The notes under the pieces were generated by a model that did no database searches, was not told the origin of the DNA, and worked only from the letters and a program-made list of their open reading frames with translations. Source: Parcubacteria group bacterium Gr01-1014_31 (GTDB taxonomy: Bacteria > Patescibacteriota > Patescibacteriia > Buchananbacterales > GWA2-38-13). Taken from it: a stretch of DNA of 64,000 nucleotides. Positions within the stretch are counted from its first letter, which is position 1. Every line of letters starts with the position of its first letter. The DNA lies in NCBI GenBank assembly GCA_007376135.1, contig VMFR01000001.1, positions 142,554 to 206,553 of the forward strand, written 5' to 3'. Positions 49,488-60,045 of this stretch are shown one piece after another. Position numbers and translations under genes: made by a program.

Positions 49488-49884
49488 ACGGGGCAACAAG
49501 CCAGGGAATCGTCACGAAATAGGCGAAATTACGCCAGATGAAATAGCCGGCGGCGATCGGGGCGGCGATCCACACGGCGGCAACTGCCAACACGATCAGC
49601 AGCCACAACACCAAAAGCAGCGTGCGTCCCGCACCAACGAACAACCGCATGACGAAACTGATGATCCTCCCCTCCCAGTCGTACTGGCCGTACATCGGTA
49701 CAAAGAGGTTGCGCCACCAGAGGCCGACCCCCAAGCGGTGTTCCTCCTCCAGGATGACCGAAGCGAGGCTCGTCACCAACTGCCGCAAGCCGAAGCTGTA
49801 CCACCACAGCGGCCAAAAGAGCACTCGCCCGACCAGGTCCACGGCGAATATTTTTAGCGATGAAAGCGCGACGCTGTGGCTCAT
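49477..49884 (-). CDS. Membrane protein coupled to the Clp-like ATPase
   Basis: FWPLWWYS...WWRNLFVPMYGQYDWEGRIISF; overlaps the ATPase start. Confidence 0.7.
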   Translation of the reverse strand: MSHSVALSSLKIFAVDLVGRVLFWPLWWYSFGLRQLVTSLASVILEEEHRLGVGLWWRNLFVPMYGQYDWEGRIISFVMRLFVGAGRTLLLVLWLLIVLAVAAVWIAAPIAAGYFIWRNFAYFVTIPWLVAPYGT

Positions 49885-49950
49885 ACCTTTCTGATTATAC
49901 CACAAAACTATCCCTCCCGGATGGCCCCTATGCGTCACAAATGCCGATAC

Positions 49951-51054
49951 CTACAGCGCGCCCGTCCGTATTGCCCGACGCAACCGTTCCATCAGATCGA
50001 GGTAGAACCGCAGATTGTGCAGCGTCGCCAACCGCGCCCCAAGCGGCTCACCCACCTTATACAAATGGTGGAGATATGCCAGCGTGTAGCGTCGGCACAG
50101 CAGGCAGGAGCAGCGCCGGTCAGGCGGGGCGAATCGCCGCCGGTTTCCCGCGTTCTTGATCGCCACCGTCCGGTAAAATCCTTTGGCGCGGAATGTCGGA
50201 ACGCCGCCCGACCACACGTAGAGGCGCCCGTGACGTGCCTCGCGGGTCGGTATCACGCAGTCGAACATATCCACGCCGAGCCGGACGGCAGCGACGATCT
50301 CCTCGGGCCGACCCACGCCCATCAGGTAGCGCGGCAGGCTTTCGGGCAGGAGCGGGAGCACGTTCCGCAACGTCGAGAGCATCTGCGACCGCTGCTCCCC
50401 CACCGCTAGTCCGCCGATCGCGAATCCGTCAAAAGGTAAAGCCGTGAGCTCTGCCGCAGACCGGCGGCGCAGCTCCGGATACACTCCGCCCTGCACGATA
50501 CCGAACATCAGTGGCCGCCGTTGCCCTATCGGCCGATACCGTACGGACTGGCGCGCCCACCGCGTGGTGCGGTCCACCGCAGCCGCCACTTGCTGCCGCG
50601 TTGCGCCATAGCCGACGCACTCGTCCAATACCATAATAATGTCGGCTCCCAGCTTGCGCTGGATGGAGATCGCGCGTCGGGGGGACAGCATCGAAACCGC
50701 GCCGCTGAGGGGGTCGCGGAAACGGACGCCCCGGTCGGTGATCTGCCGATAGCGCGCCAAAGAGAAGACCTGGAATCCCCCGGAATCGGTCAAAATGGGC
50801 TTCCGCCAGCCCATCATCTTGTGCAACCCGCCCGCCGCGGCAACGATCGCTTCGCCGGGACGCTGGGACAGGTGGTAGGTATTCGCCAGCACCGCATCCG
50901 CACCCATTTCTCCGACCTCCGCGGCCGTCAAGTGTTTGACGGCCCCGCGCGTGGCGATCGGCATAAAAAAAGGCCCCGGGATGGTGCCATGCGGGGTTGA
51001 CAAGCGCGTCAACCGTGCGCCAGAAATCTTAGAAACCTTCAGCAGTTTGAACAT
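49951..51054 (-). CDS. tgt: Queuine tRNA-ribosyltransferase
   Basis: ANTYHL, TDSGGFQVFSL, GIVQGG, DMFDCVIPTR, CSCLLC...HNL. Confidence 0.96.
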   Translation of the reverse strand: MFKLLKVSKISGARLTRLSTPHGTIPGPFFMPIATRGAVKHLTAAEVGEMGADAVLANTYHLSQRPGEAIVAAAGGLHKMMGWRKPILTDSGGFQVFSLARYRQITDRGVRFRDPLSGAVSMLSPRRAISIQRKLGADIIMVLDECVGYGATRQQVAAAVDRTTRWARQSVRYRPIGQRRPLMFGIVQGGVYPELRRRSAAELTALPFDGFAIGGLAVGEQRSQMLSTLRNVLPLLPESLPRYLMGVGRPEEIVAAVRLGVDMFDCVIPTREARHGRLYVWSGGVPTFRAKGFYRTVAIKNAGNRRRFAPPDRRCSCLLCRRYTLAYLHHLYKVGEPLGARLATLHNLRFYLDLMERLRRAIRTGAL

Positions 51055-51063
51055 CGGAACTCG

Positions 51064-52986
51064 TCATTGCCCGATCTCCACCACCAGGCCGCGCCCACCG
51101 CCGAACGGGTCATCCTCCAGATTGGAGGTAATGCTGCGCTTCAGGCCCACCACCGTGGAGTCCGTGACGGCGTCGTTCGCCGTCAGGCTGGTCTCGCTCG
51201 TCAGCAGTAAAAGTTTGCCTACCTGTTCTTGGGTGGGGGTCACGGCCATATCGAACCAGGCATTGACATCTTCGGCGGTCTGCTTGGCGGTGATGATGGG
51301 TATGGTCCAGGTGATACGCCGCTCCTTGGCATCGTAAGTCAGTTGGCCGGTCGTCGCCAAGAATTTCCCTTCCCAGACCACGTCCGCCGCCAATACTGTA
51401 CTGACCGTCACTTCCTTGACATCATGCAGGCTATTGCCCAGCGACCAATAGATGCGAAAACTTGTTCTCTCCCCCACCACCGGCGGTAGCGGACCGGACC
51501 CGACCGCAATGTTGTCGTCGTTAAAGTACCGACCCTCGGCTTTTAGCTCCAGCGCCGTATTCACGGAATTCGTGATGGTGCCGCTGCTCACTTCCTGTCC
51601 GGCGGAAAGACCGTTGATCGCGCCGATGACCACGCGCGCCGTGCTCACCGTCGCCAGGTCCCGCGTTTCGTCATCGATCGTTTCCGGCGCGACCAGCTGA
51701 AGACTGAAATCCAGCGTTCCTTCGGCCAGAGGTCCGAGCGCGGCCAATTCAGGTATCACATCCTTTGCCCAACGGATGGTATTATCGCTGACGGTACCGA
51801 GGTTTTTGTCGACGATGGTTTTGAGATCGACCACCGATGAATCAATGGAAGCCTCGATCAGCACATCCTCCAGGGTTTCCTGGCCCAAATTCTTATAGAC
51901 GATGCGGTAATTGAGGGTATCGCCGAGGTTGACCGGCTGGTCCGCGGACTGCCCATTGATAATGAGGTTGACCTGCAGCGACGGGCGCACCAACACGGTG
52001 GTCAGGCGCTGCTCCTGCTGCAGCGAAAACCCGCCGGTCTCATCGATCAGGCCGATGTGGGCGGTTAATACTTGTTCAGTGAAAGCCGCGTCCCCGGTCG
52101 CACCGCCGAACCCGCCCGTGATCTTGATAACGCCCTGGGCTTTGGCGCCCAGGGTCGTAAAATACCAACGGCTGTTCGGGTCCTTGCCGGTCAGACCGCT
52201 GAAATTAGCCACACTCGCCGGTGGCGATTTTGGCGCCGGCTCAGAGGTCCTGAAGATGAAGCCCGGCGGGTAATCCACCTGGATCAGCACGCCTTCGTAT
52301 GGTTTTTCCGCCGTATTTTCATAACTGATCTCGTAGCTGGACTCGCGGTCGGGCACCGCGCGTTCCGGCCCGTTGACCGACAGGTTCAGGATCGACGATG
52401 TGATCTGGAACGTTTTGGAAAAATCATCCTTGAACGTCGAACTGAAATTCTGCGGCCGGTAGTTCACGGTTCCCGCCAGCGTCTTCAGCCCCCCGACCGG
52501 ACCGACCACTTTCGCCGTCAGCTTGATCTCGCCGCCGTCGCCGGGCGCGAGCGCATTGATGCGCCAGCTGTTCGTATACTGATTGACCGGCGCGGGAACT
52601 GCGGACACGAACGTGAACCCTTCGGGGTAGCGTAGCGTCAGTTCGACCGAAGAGACCGCCACGCGGTCGGCGTTCCGATACTTCACGGTGTAGGCGACCT
52701 CTTCGCCGGAAGCGAGCTCCTTGGGCGCGACGATCTCCACGCGCACGCTGGACGGGTTCTCGCCGGCCCCAGCGCCGTCCCGGACGGTGCCGACCAGCCA
52801 TATCGAAGTAGCCGCCGTTGCCGCCACCAGCAGCGCCCAAGCCAGCAAACGCTTGGTCCAATTGATGTGGTAGATCTGCAGCCGCGACACATCGGGCACC
52901 TGCCCGTTGCCGTCGCGATAGATCTTCAGCAACTCCGGGTCGAGCCCGTCGCGCCGATTGAAGTGTTTCAAGCGTCGTCGCTCCAT
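51064..52986 (-). CDS. Large single-TM extracellular beta-sandwich (DUF11-like) protein
   Basis: N-terminal TM, repeated YTVKYRN/YEISYEN/YRIVYKN Ig-like units, GSGPLPPVVGERT. Confidence 0.7.
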   Translation of the reverse strand: MERRRLKHFNRRDGLDPELLKIYRDGNGQVPDVSRLQIYHINWTKRLLAWALLVAATAATSIWLVGTVRDGAGAGENPSSVRVEIVAPKELASGEEVAYTVKYRNADRVAVSSVELTLRYPEGFTFVSAVPAPVNQYTNSWRINALAPGDGGEIKLTAKVVGPVGGLKTLAGTVNYRPQNFSSTFKDDFSKTFQITSSILNLSVNGPERAVPDRESSYEISYENTAEKPYEGVLIQVDYPPGFIFRTSEPAPKSPPASVANFSGLTGKDPNSRWYFTTLGAKAQGVIKITGGFGGATGDAAFTEQVLTAHIGLIDETGGFSLQQEQRLTTVLVRPSLQVNLIINGQSADQPVNLGDTLNYRIVYKNLGQETLEDVLIEASIDSSVVDLKTIVDKNLGTVSDNTIRWAKDVIPELAALGPLAEGTLDFSLQLVAPETIDDETRDLATVSTARVVIGAINGLSAGQEVSSGTITNSVNTALELKAEGRYFNDDNIAVGSGPLPPVVGERTSFRIYWSLGNSLHDVKEVTVSTVLAADVVWEGKFLATTGQLTYDAKERRITWTIPIITAKQTAEDVNAWFDMAVTPTQEQVGKLLLLTSETSLTANDAVTDSTVVGLKRSITSNLEDDPFGGGRGLVVEIGQ

Positions 52987-52999
52987 AGCTGTAATGCGG

Positions 53000-55753
53000 T
53001 TACGGCGCGACCGTGATGGTGGTACCCCAGAATGCATCGGTCACCAAGCGGTCGTGGTACTGCAGTACCGAGCCCTGCTGGCTCAGCTGTTCGCCGGCCG
53101 CCGGGTACGTCGTGCGTACGGTTTGGGCTCCGCCAAGGCGCAGGATCGAGAGCAGCTCGTCGCCCAACGTCCCGGGCTGCTTCTGTGCCAGCAGCGTGTA
53201 GGCATAATTGGCTTGGGCCAGCGTGAACGGCAGCCGATACACCAGCGTCGCGGATCTTTGCTCCCCTGGTTTCACCGCCAGCCAATGGGCAAAGACCGTT
53301 TTGCCCATTTCTTCATACGTCTCAACACCGGACAACGGGTCGCGCCGATGGGAACTCTCCACCGCCAAAAGGTCGGCGTCCTGAGAAAAACCAGGCTCGT
53401 CGGGCTCAAAAACGGCTCCCTCCGGCACCGCGAATCCTTCGGCGGTCAAGAGTTCGCTGCCGCGCGGGACGTACACGCGCACCCAGCTGTTGTTCTGCAC
53501 GCCGCTGAACGGATCGCTGCGGCTCCCTTGGTGCGTACGGGTAACGGTCAGCGTCACCACGAGCTGGCCGTCGGCGCCGACCATGACATCGTGGCGCAGG
53601 CTGGTCTGCACCACCCGGTCGGTCTTGCCTCCGGCGATATTGGTATTCACGACCATCAGGTAATCGCTCAGCCCCGAGGGCACCAACCGGCCGGTCCACC
53701 CCAGGTCGTCCATGATCTGCTGGGCCTGCTCATCGGTGCTATACACCATCAGATGACGTTCCTTGACGGCCGCATACATGACCGTCAGGAGGCGCTGCCG
53801 CTGCTCCGCGGTCAATTGCTGCATGCGCTCCAGGATCTTTGGCGCCAGTTGGCCGACGAACAGTTTCGGTTGATTCAGCGTCCGGTCGTACTCGACCTCG
53901 ACGATCTGCTGTGTCTCGGCGGTGAAATTCTCCGACGTGATGGTGCGGCCGTACTCCGGCATCGGGATCGGGCCGACAACCTCCAGAATGCGCTCCAAGA
54001 CGGTGTTCGTCACGCCGATCACGCCATCAACGCTGCCGCCCCGGGACTGCTCGATGAACCACGCCGCCTTGCGCGCGCTGGTCGGAAAATCCGGCCACCA
54101 GTTAGCGTCGTGAAATTCCCAGCGCGGATTGATGAGGTGCAGCGGTTCGGGCGACCGCACCAGCGCCAGCAGCTGTCCCTGCAGATCGTAGGTACCGCCG
54201 CCCGGAATCTCCAGGTTGGTGATGCGACCGTCCTCGACGTCCATCAGCGCGAAGCTGCCGACAAACCCGCCGGTGGCGCGCAGCTCCGTGTTGTTCTGAA
54301 AGAGCAGCAGATACCGCTGCCACTGGTCGCTCCCCAGCAACCGCAACACGGAACGGGTAATGGCCGCGGTGTCCAGCAGCGTGGATTCCAGTTCCGGCAG
54401 CGCCCGTACCGCGCGTAAAAATTCATCACGGGTGCCAAGCCCAAGCGTTTGGACCCCGACGTCATCCAGCACGCTCCGCGCCTGGGCAACGGCCGGCAAG
54501 GCCACGGCAAGATTCGTGTTCAGGTCGACGATCGCATCCAATGCCGACGGCCAGTCGGACCACCCGTCGCGCTGGTCAACCGCGGCCATACTGGAAGAAA
54601 AACGCTGTCCGACCTGGGCGAGCTGCTCCCCGGCGGAAAGTAACGAAAGCCCTGCGGTGAGCGTCCGCCGGCCCTGGGGGACGATCTGCAGCAGCGCGCG
54701 AGTAAAGAAATCAAGCCCCTCGTACTCGCCTCGGGCCGACTGGAATTCACGCTCTGCGCGCTGAAAGGCATCGGCTGCGGCCGCCAGGCGGAATTCTCGC
54801 AAGTGCTCCTTGCCGGACCATAGCGCGCTCAGCGCGGAAGCGGAATATCCCATCAGCCGGTCCCGCACGTCCGACACCTCCTGGTAGTAGACCCCGATCT
54901 GGATCGGCAGCAGCATGATTACGCAGGCCGTAATGAACTGCAGCGACCAACGCGCCAATCCGGAATGCGGCAACGGGTCGCTCGTCGGCAGCCCAACGGA
55001 TGGGGCCTCGCCCGGCCGAAACACGGCCTCCGTCGGCCGCTGGTTGTAGCGCGATTGCAGCACGCGCTGCTGGCGCTTCAGCGTCCGAAGACGGAATGGC
55101 CAGTAGAGCGCGCGGATCGGCCACGTCGCGGTACGCACCACCCCGGTCACGGACAACGCATTGACCCGAGCCAGGCGCTGCGTGCCGACGGATGGCGGCA
55201 AGGGAGCTTCCGCAGGAATTTCCTCGTGGGTTGCCATTGCGGGTTGGGCAGGGATATCCTGGGCCAGGATTCGAAGCTCTGGTCGCGGCGGCAGCCGGAG
55301 ATTCCCGGCCGCATCGAACAGGTCGGCCGTCTCCACTTGGGCCGCAACGGGTATTTCAAATGTTGCGGGCAGCCCGGGCAATTCAGCCTCCGCGGGGGAT
55401 CGAACGGCCTCAACCTCCTCGTTCACGGACGGCAACGCCTGCGGCGTCTCCCTATGAACGGCCGCTGGCGGAACGGCGCCAACCTCATTCACCCATACCG
55501 CAATTGCCGGGGTGGGCGGTCCCGACGGCGCCGCCGATACTGCACCGCTGACCGCCGCCGGCGGATTGTCTCCCCGGCGTTCAACAGCAGCGGCCGCAAC
55601 CACGGCTACCGTTGCCGGTTGCAAGGACGCGGCTACGCTCTTTTTCGGCAGCATACGTTTTTTCGAAAAAACACGGCCCCGCCGAATCGCAACCTTTCGA
55701 CGGGTTGCGCGGGCCGAACGTATCGCTTTTTTTATTTTTTTTACTCGCTTCAT
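53000..55753 (-). CDS. DUF4012 domain protein
   Basis: RYLLLFQNNTELRATGGFVGS, DANWWPDFPTSA, NIAGGKTD. Confidence 0.85.
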   Translation of the reverse strand: MKRVKKIKKAIRSARATRRKVAIRRGRVFSKKRMLPKKSVAASLQPATVAVVAAAAVERRGDNPPAAVSGAVSAAPSGPPTPAIAVWVNEVGAVPPAAVHRETPQALPSVNEEVEAVRSPAEAELPGLPATFEIPVAAQVETADLFDAAGNLRLPPRPELRILAQDIPAQPAMATHEEIPAEAPLPPSVGTQRLARVNALSVTGVVRTATWPIRALYWPFRLRTLKRQQRVLQSRYNQRPTEAVFRPGEAPSVGLPTSDPLPHSGLARWSLQFITACVIMLLPIQIGVYYQEVSDVRDRLMGYSASALSALWSGKEHLREFRLAAAADAFQRAEREFQSARGEYEGLDFFTRALLQIVPQGRRTLTAGLSLLSAGEQLAQVGQRFSSSMAAVDQRDGWSDWPSALDAIVDLNTNLAVALPAVAQARSVLDDVGVQTLGLGTRDEFLRAVRALPELESTLLDTAAITRSVLRLLGSDQWQRYLLLFQNNTELRATGGFVGSFALMDVEDGRITNLEIPGGGTYDLQGQLLALVRSPEPLHLINPRWEFHDANWWPDFPTSARKAAWFIEQSRGGSVDGVIGVTNTVLERILEVVGPIPMPEYGRTITSENFTAETQQIVEVEYDRTLNQPKLFVGQLAPKILERMQQLTAEQRQRLLTVMYAAVKERHLMVYSTDEQAQQIMDDLGWTGRLVPSGLSDYLMVVNTNIAGGKTDRVVQTSLRHDVMVGADGQLVVTLTVTRTHQGSRSDPFSGVQNNSWVRVYVPRGSELLTAEGFAVPEGAVFEPDEPGFSQDADLLAVESSHRRDPLSGVETYEEMGKTVFAHWLAVKPGEQRSATLVYRLPFTLAQANYAYTLLAQKQPGTLGDELLSILRLGGAQTVRTTYPAAGEQLSQQGSVLQYHDRLVTDAFWGTTITVAP

Positions 55754-56871
55754 TTGAAAGTCATCAGGGCTTCTCGATAGATGTCCCACGTTTTCTGCGC
55801 CGTAACGTCCCACCGGTAACGGGAAACCACCGAGGACGAAATCGTTCGTACTTTCGCTCGTTCATTCTCGTCCAGCAGCAGCCGCATCACCTTGGCCATC
55901 TCCACCGGCTGGTCGGGGGGGAAGTATCGGCCCGCATCGCCGATGATCTCCGGCACGCTGGTGGTCTGCGATGCGGCAACCGGCGTTCCGCAGGCGAGCG
56001 ACTCAACGGCGATCAGCCCGAACCCCTCGGAAAATGACGGCACAACCGTCATGACCGCCCCCTGGAACAACGCGGGCAGGTCGGCATCCGGAATGAACCC
56101 CGGCGTCACGATCGATCCGGTCTCATCGTGCGCCAATGCCGCGGCGATCTTTTCGTCCTCTCCCTGGCGCGCACCGCCTAATACCAGTTGGCCGCGAAAA
56201 CCGAATGTTTTCCGCAGTTCGCCAAAGGCCGCGATCAACCCGGGCAGATTCTTGTGGTCGCGCCAGACCCCGGTGTAAAAAAGGTACGGCTGAGCGATGT
56301 GATACCGCTCCAGCGTGGCTTTGATTATACCATAATCCCTGGCCGGCTGGAACGAGGGCGCAACTCCGGGGTAGACTACCCGGATATTGGGCGCGCCGCG
56401 CGGCCAGCGCTGCGCCAGCGCCATGGCGGTAGAGCGGGAAACCGCGATCACCCGGACGGCCCGCCGGATGGCGGAACTCATGACCTGCCGGTAGGCCGCG
56501 CGGCGCCACCACCACCGCCGCTGGTTGGGGCCCGGAAAATCGAACGGCGTAAGGTCGTGGACGGTAACTACGAATTTTCCGCGAAAACGCAAAGGAATAT
56601 TGAAATTCGGAAAATGCCAGAGGTCGCACCGCTGGGCGGAAAGTATGGACGGAAGCTGCAGTTGTTCGCGCCAGCTGTACCAGGGGATATCCGACGTCAC
56701 CACTTTCACCATGTCGTGGCGCGGCAGCCGTGCCGCATCAGGCTCGCGCACCAGCACCACCAGCTCATCATTGCCGATGCTCGCCGCCAGCGCCTGCACC
56801 AGCTGTTGGACGTAGATGCCAATACCGGTCACCCCGCTGCCGAACATTCTGGCGTCAATGCCGATACGCAT
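55750..56871 (-). CDS. Glycosyltransferase family 4
   Basis: MRIGIDAR, VTVHDL, HKNL, SEGFGL. Confidence 0.9.
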   Translation of the reverse strand: MRIGIDARMFGSGVTGIGIYVQQLVQALAASIGNDELVVLVREPDAARLPRHDMVKVVTSDIPWYSWREQLQLPSILSAQRCDLWHFPNFNIPLRFRGKFVVTVHDLTPFDFPGPNQRRWWWRRAAYRQVMSSAIRRAVRVIAVSRSTAMALAQRWPRGAPNIRVVYPGVAPSFQPARDYGIIKATLERYHIAQPYLFYTGVWRDHKNLPGLIAAFGELRKTFGFRGQLVLGGARQGEDEKIAAALAHDETGSIVTPGFIPDADLPALFQGAVMTVVPSFSEGFGLIAVESLACGTPVAASQTTSVPEIIGDAGRYFPPDQPVEMAKVMRLLLDENERAKVRTISSSVVSRYRWDVTAQKTWDIYREALMTFK

Positions 56872-56873
56872 AC

Positions 56874-58040
56874 TCAAACACACAGCCGCGCGATAACCGG
56901 CGCCGTTTTACGCGCGGTTTCATCCCAAGAAAAATCCTGCGCCCGCAAACGTCCGGCCGCCGACAACCGGCGGGCGAAGCCGTCATCGCCAAGAACCGCA
57001 TCTAATCCTTCCGCGATCGACGAAATGTCATACGGATCAACCAGCACCCCGGCCGAGCCGACCACCTCCGGCAGGGAGGTTGCGCTGGATGCGATCACCG
57101 GCGTCCCGGCCGCCATCGCCTCCAGCGCCGGCAACCCGAACCCTTCATAGTACGAAGGATAGGCCAGGCACGCCGCCATCTGGTACAGCGCCGGCCGGTC
57201 CTCTCGCGCGACATACCCGAGGAAATGGATGCGTGCCGGTCGCCGTGATCCCGCCGCTTGGCGATAGAGAGTTTCGGCGCGCCAAACCGGGCGCCCGACG
57301 ATGACCAGGTCGGCGTCGGGCTGCAATCGGTCATAGGCCCGGATCAGGCTGCCAAGATTCTTCCGGGGTTCGAGATTGCCGACCGCCAGCACGAACCGGC
57401 CCGGCAAGCGGTAGCGTTGCGCGATCTCCCGCCGCCGTGGAGATGGCACCTCTTGAGCGCATGCCGGGTCATACCCGAGGTACGCCACCGTGATGCGATC
57501 TGCCGGCACGCGGTAACGGTCCTCCAGCTCGCGCCGGGTGTGCTCGGAGTTCACGACGATCTGAGACGCGCGTTGGCAAAGCCAGCGCGGATCGATGATG
57601 GCATGCCAGAACCTGGCCTTGGGTGAAAAGAACTCTGGATAACGCTCGAAGGATAGGTCCGCGATGCTGATCCCCAGCGGCGTTGCGGGACGCAGCGCCA
57701 CCGATTGGAGGCTGGGGAGAAAAACGGCGCGCGCGTTGGCCATGATGTCCAACCGCGGACGATGCAGGAACCGCACCGCCGCATTGAGCGCTTTACTGGG
57801 CGCGTTGATCTCAAAAATATCGGCGTTCGGCGCGGCCAACTCGGGCAGCCGCACCGGCCGCCGGCTGGTCCAGCACCACCGGTAGTGCAGCCGCGGCGTC
57901 AGTCGGGGCAGACGCATCAAAAGATGGTAGACATACTCGCCCACCCCCGAACGATACGACTCGGCTAAACACCGCGCATCCACGGCGACCACCGGCGCTC
58001 TACTTGACCCTGGCGTCGTTGCGCGACTAGAATGACCCAT
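56874..58040 (-). CDS. Glycosyltransferase family 4
   Basis: VGNLEPRKNL, YEGFGLPALEAMAAG. Confidence 0.9.
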   Translation of the reverse strand: MGHSSRATTPGSSRAPVVAVDARCLAESYRSGVGEYVYHLLMRLPRLTPRLHYRWCWTSRRPVRLPELAAPNADIFEINAPSKALNAAVRFLHRPRLDIMANARAVFLPSLQSVALRPATPLGISIADLSFERYPEFFSPKARFWHAIIDPRWLCQRASQIVVNSEHTRRELEDRYRVPADRITVAYLGYDPACAQEVPSPRRREIAQRYRLPGRFVLAVGNLEPRKNLGSLIRAYDRLQPDADLVIVGRPVWRAETLYRQAAGSRRPARIHFLGYVAREDRPALYQMAACLAYPSYYEGFGLPALEAMAAGTPVIASSATSLPEVVGSAGVLVDPYDISSIAEGLDAVLGDDGFARRLSAAGRLRAQDFSWDETARKTAPVIARLCV

Positions 58041-58195
58041 ACCCGGGAGTACAACGGTCGTGCATATCTTCGTTCCGATTACTTCCTAAAATTGCCCTTG
58101 GTAGCATTTCGTTGCCCGCTGGCTCGTTGTACGACTGGGCATAGCTGTTTGAAAATTCACCCAACCTTTTTCTCTTTCCCTGAAAGGAGGCTACC

Positions 58196-58810
58196 GTGCC
58201 GTACCGCATCATCCCGAACGGGCTCACGCTCTCGCGGATCATCCTCGCCCTGCCCTTCTTCTTGGTGGCCTACGCTTCGGCCGACCGCCCCTGGTGCCAT
58301 ACGCTGGCCCTTTTCCTCTTTGCCTTCATCATCCTGACCGATTTTCTGGACGGTCGACTGGCGCGGCGCTGGAACGCCGTCTCCCTGATGGGCAAGGAGC
58401 TCGATCCCATCGCCGACAAGGCAGTCGTTGCGGCGGCGTACATCGTGCTCGCTTCCTTGCACAGCAATAACTGGCTGTTGCCGGTCCTCGCCTTCGTGCT
58501 CATCTTCCGTGACTTCCTTGTCAGCCTCCTGCGCGGGTTCGCTGCCCGCTGCCAAACCGTCATTGCTGCCCGTCAAAGCGGCAAACTCCGCACCGCCCTC
58601 TCCCTCAGCCTCGCTTTTCTCCTCCTCGCCCGCATTCCCTACCGCACGACGCAGCCGCCCTGGCTGCTCCAACTCCCGAACGCCATTCCCGGGGTCATCA
58701 TTGACGCCGGACTGTGGGTTCTCCTGCTGTGGACCGTCTATTCGCTCTTCGATTACTGGCGCGCCAACCGCAACGTCGTCTGGCAAGTTCTCAATGCACC
58801 CCAAGGGTAA
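58196..58810 (+). CDS. pgsA: CDP-alcohol phosphatidyltransferase (PgsA-like)
   Basis: PNGLTLSR, TDFLDGRLARR...GKELDPIADK; AAGGAGG RBS before a GTG start. Confidence 0.88.
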   Translation: MPYRIIPNGLTLSRIILALPFFLVAYASADRPWCHTLALFLFAFIILTDFLDGRLARRWNAVSLMGKELDPIADKAVVAAAYIVLASLHSNNWLLPVLAFVLIFRDFLVSLLRGFAARCQTVIAARQSGKLRTALSLSLAFLLLARIPYRTTQPPWLLQLPNAIPGVIIDAGLWVLLLWTVYSLFDYWRANRNVVWQVLNAPQG

Positions 58811-58842
58811 CTCCCGGTACCTTCCTGCCCAGGGCTGCCACG

Positions 58843-60045
58843 TCAGCCCTGGCTCTTTTTTTTACTCTCCGCGACGGTTCCGGAGGCCGGGGCAATGACC
58901 GCACGGCCCTCGCGCAGCGCGTCGCTCACCTGATGCACGTGCGAACGCCGTTCCAGCAGCCGTTGCGCTTCCCGCTCGATGACCGCTTTGATGCGATCCC
59001 GGAAGTGCGCCGCACTGAACTGCTCGGCGTGTTTCCGGATGACGGCAGAGGAATACCGCGCGGGCTCAAAACGCATCACCGCGTCGGCCAACGACTCCCA
59101 AGACTGCTCATCGAACAGCATCCCCGTCCTGCCGGCAATGACCGTTTCCATGGAACCGCCCGCGGCAAAGGCAATGACGGGTCGGCCGGCGGCCATCGCC
59201 TCTATTGCCGTGATGCCGAAATCCTCCACCTGGGGCTGAATGAACGCCAAACACCGCGCGTAGCGGTCGGCCAGTTCCTCGTGCGGCAGCCGGCCCAGGA
59301 ACGTCACATTGGGTTTGGACATCGCGCGTAATTTCTCCGATTCCGGACCGTCGCCAAAGACCTGGAGCGGCATGCCCAGCCGGTTGAACGCGGAAACGAC
59401 CAGGTCGAACCGTTTATACGGCACCAGGCGTCCGCCCGTCAAAAAATAGCGGTCCGGCTGCGCCGCCATGTGGAATCGATCCACCTCCACGGGCGGATAG
59501 ATGACTTCCGACTCGCGCCGGTAGTACTTGGCGATGCGCTCGGCGACGTTGCGCGAATTAGCGATAAATACGTCCACGCGGTTGGCCGCGAGCTGGTCCC
59601 AGAGACGGAGGCGCGTCAGGATGCGGCGGATCTCCCACTTCACGAATCGCGGGTACGGCAGATCGTTGACGTACTGATGCGTGTCCGACCACAGATAGCG
59701 GGTTGGCGTATGGCAGTAGCACACGTGTACGGTGTTGGAACGGGTAATGACGCCCTTGGCCAGCGCCGAACATGAGGATAACACCACGTCGTACGCGCGC
59801 AGGTCATAGCTCTCGGTCGCGGTCGGCATCAACGGCAGATACCACTGCGGATGTCTCCGGGCCCAGGGAAAATGCTGGAGAAAGGAAGGGATGATGCGGT
59901 GGCCGGCAAACAGGTGACGAAGCCGCTCTTCGTTATACACCAAAGTGTAGGTCGGGGCCTGGGGCCAGATCTGCTGAAATACCTGCAGCACGCGTTCGGC
60001 GCCGCCTTCCTGCGTCAGGTGGTCGTGGACAAGCGCGAGTTTCAT
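58843..60045 (-). CDS. Glycosyltransferase family 4
   Basis: MKLALVHDHL...GGAERV, YCHTPTRYLW, EDFGITAIEAMA. Confidence 0.9.
   Translation of the reverse strand: MKLALVHDHLTQEGGAERVLQVFQQIWPQAPTYTLVYNEERLRHLFAGHRIIPSFLQHFPWARRHPQWYLPLMPTATESYDLRAYDVVLSSCSALAKGVITRSNTVHVCYCHTPTRYLWSDTHQYVNDLPYPRFVKWEIRRILTRLRLWDQLAANRVDVFIANSRNVAERIAKYYRRESEVIYPPVEVDRFHMAAQPDRYFLTGGRLVPYKRFDLVVSAFNRLGMPLQVFGDGPESEKLRAMSKPNVTFLGRLPHEELADRYARCLAFIQPQVEDFGITAIEAMAAGRPVIAFAAGGSMETVIAGRTGMLFDEQSWESLADAVMRFEPARYSSAVIRKHAEQFSAAHFRDRIKAVIEREAQRLLERRSHVHQVSDALREGRAVIAPASGTVAESKKKSQG

Noticed and set aside
52958-54418. Long antisense ORFs (486 aa here; also 36963-38117, 41770-42948, 47799-48758)
   Set aside because: They lie opposite well-supported genes, are expected at high GC, and have no recognisable motifs.
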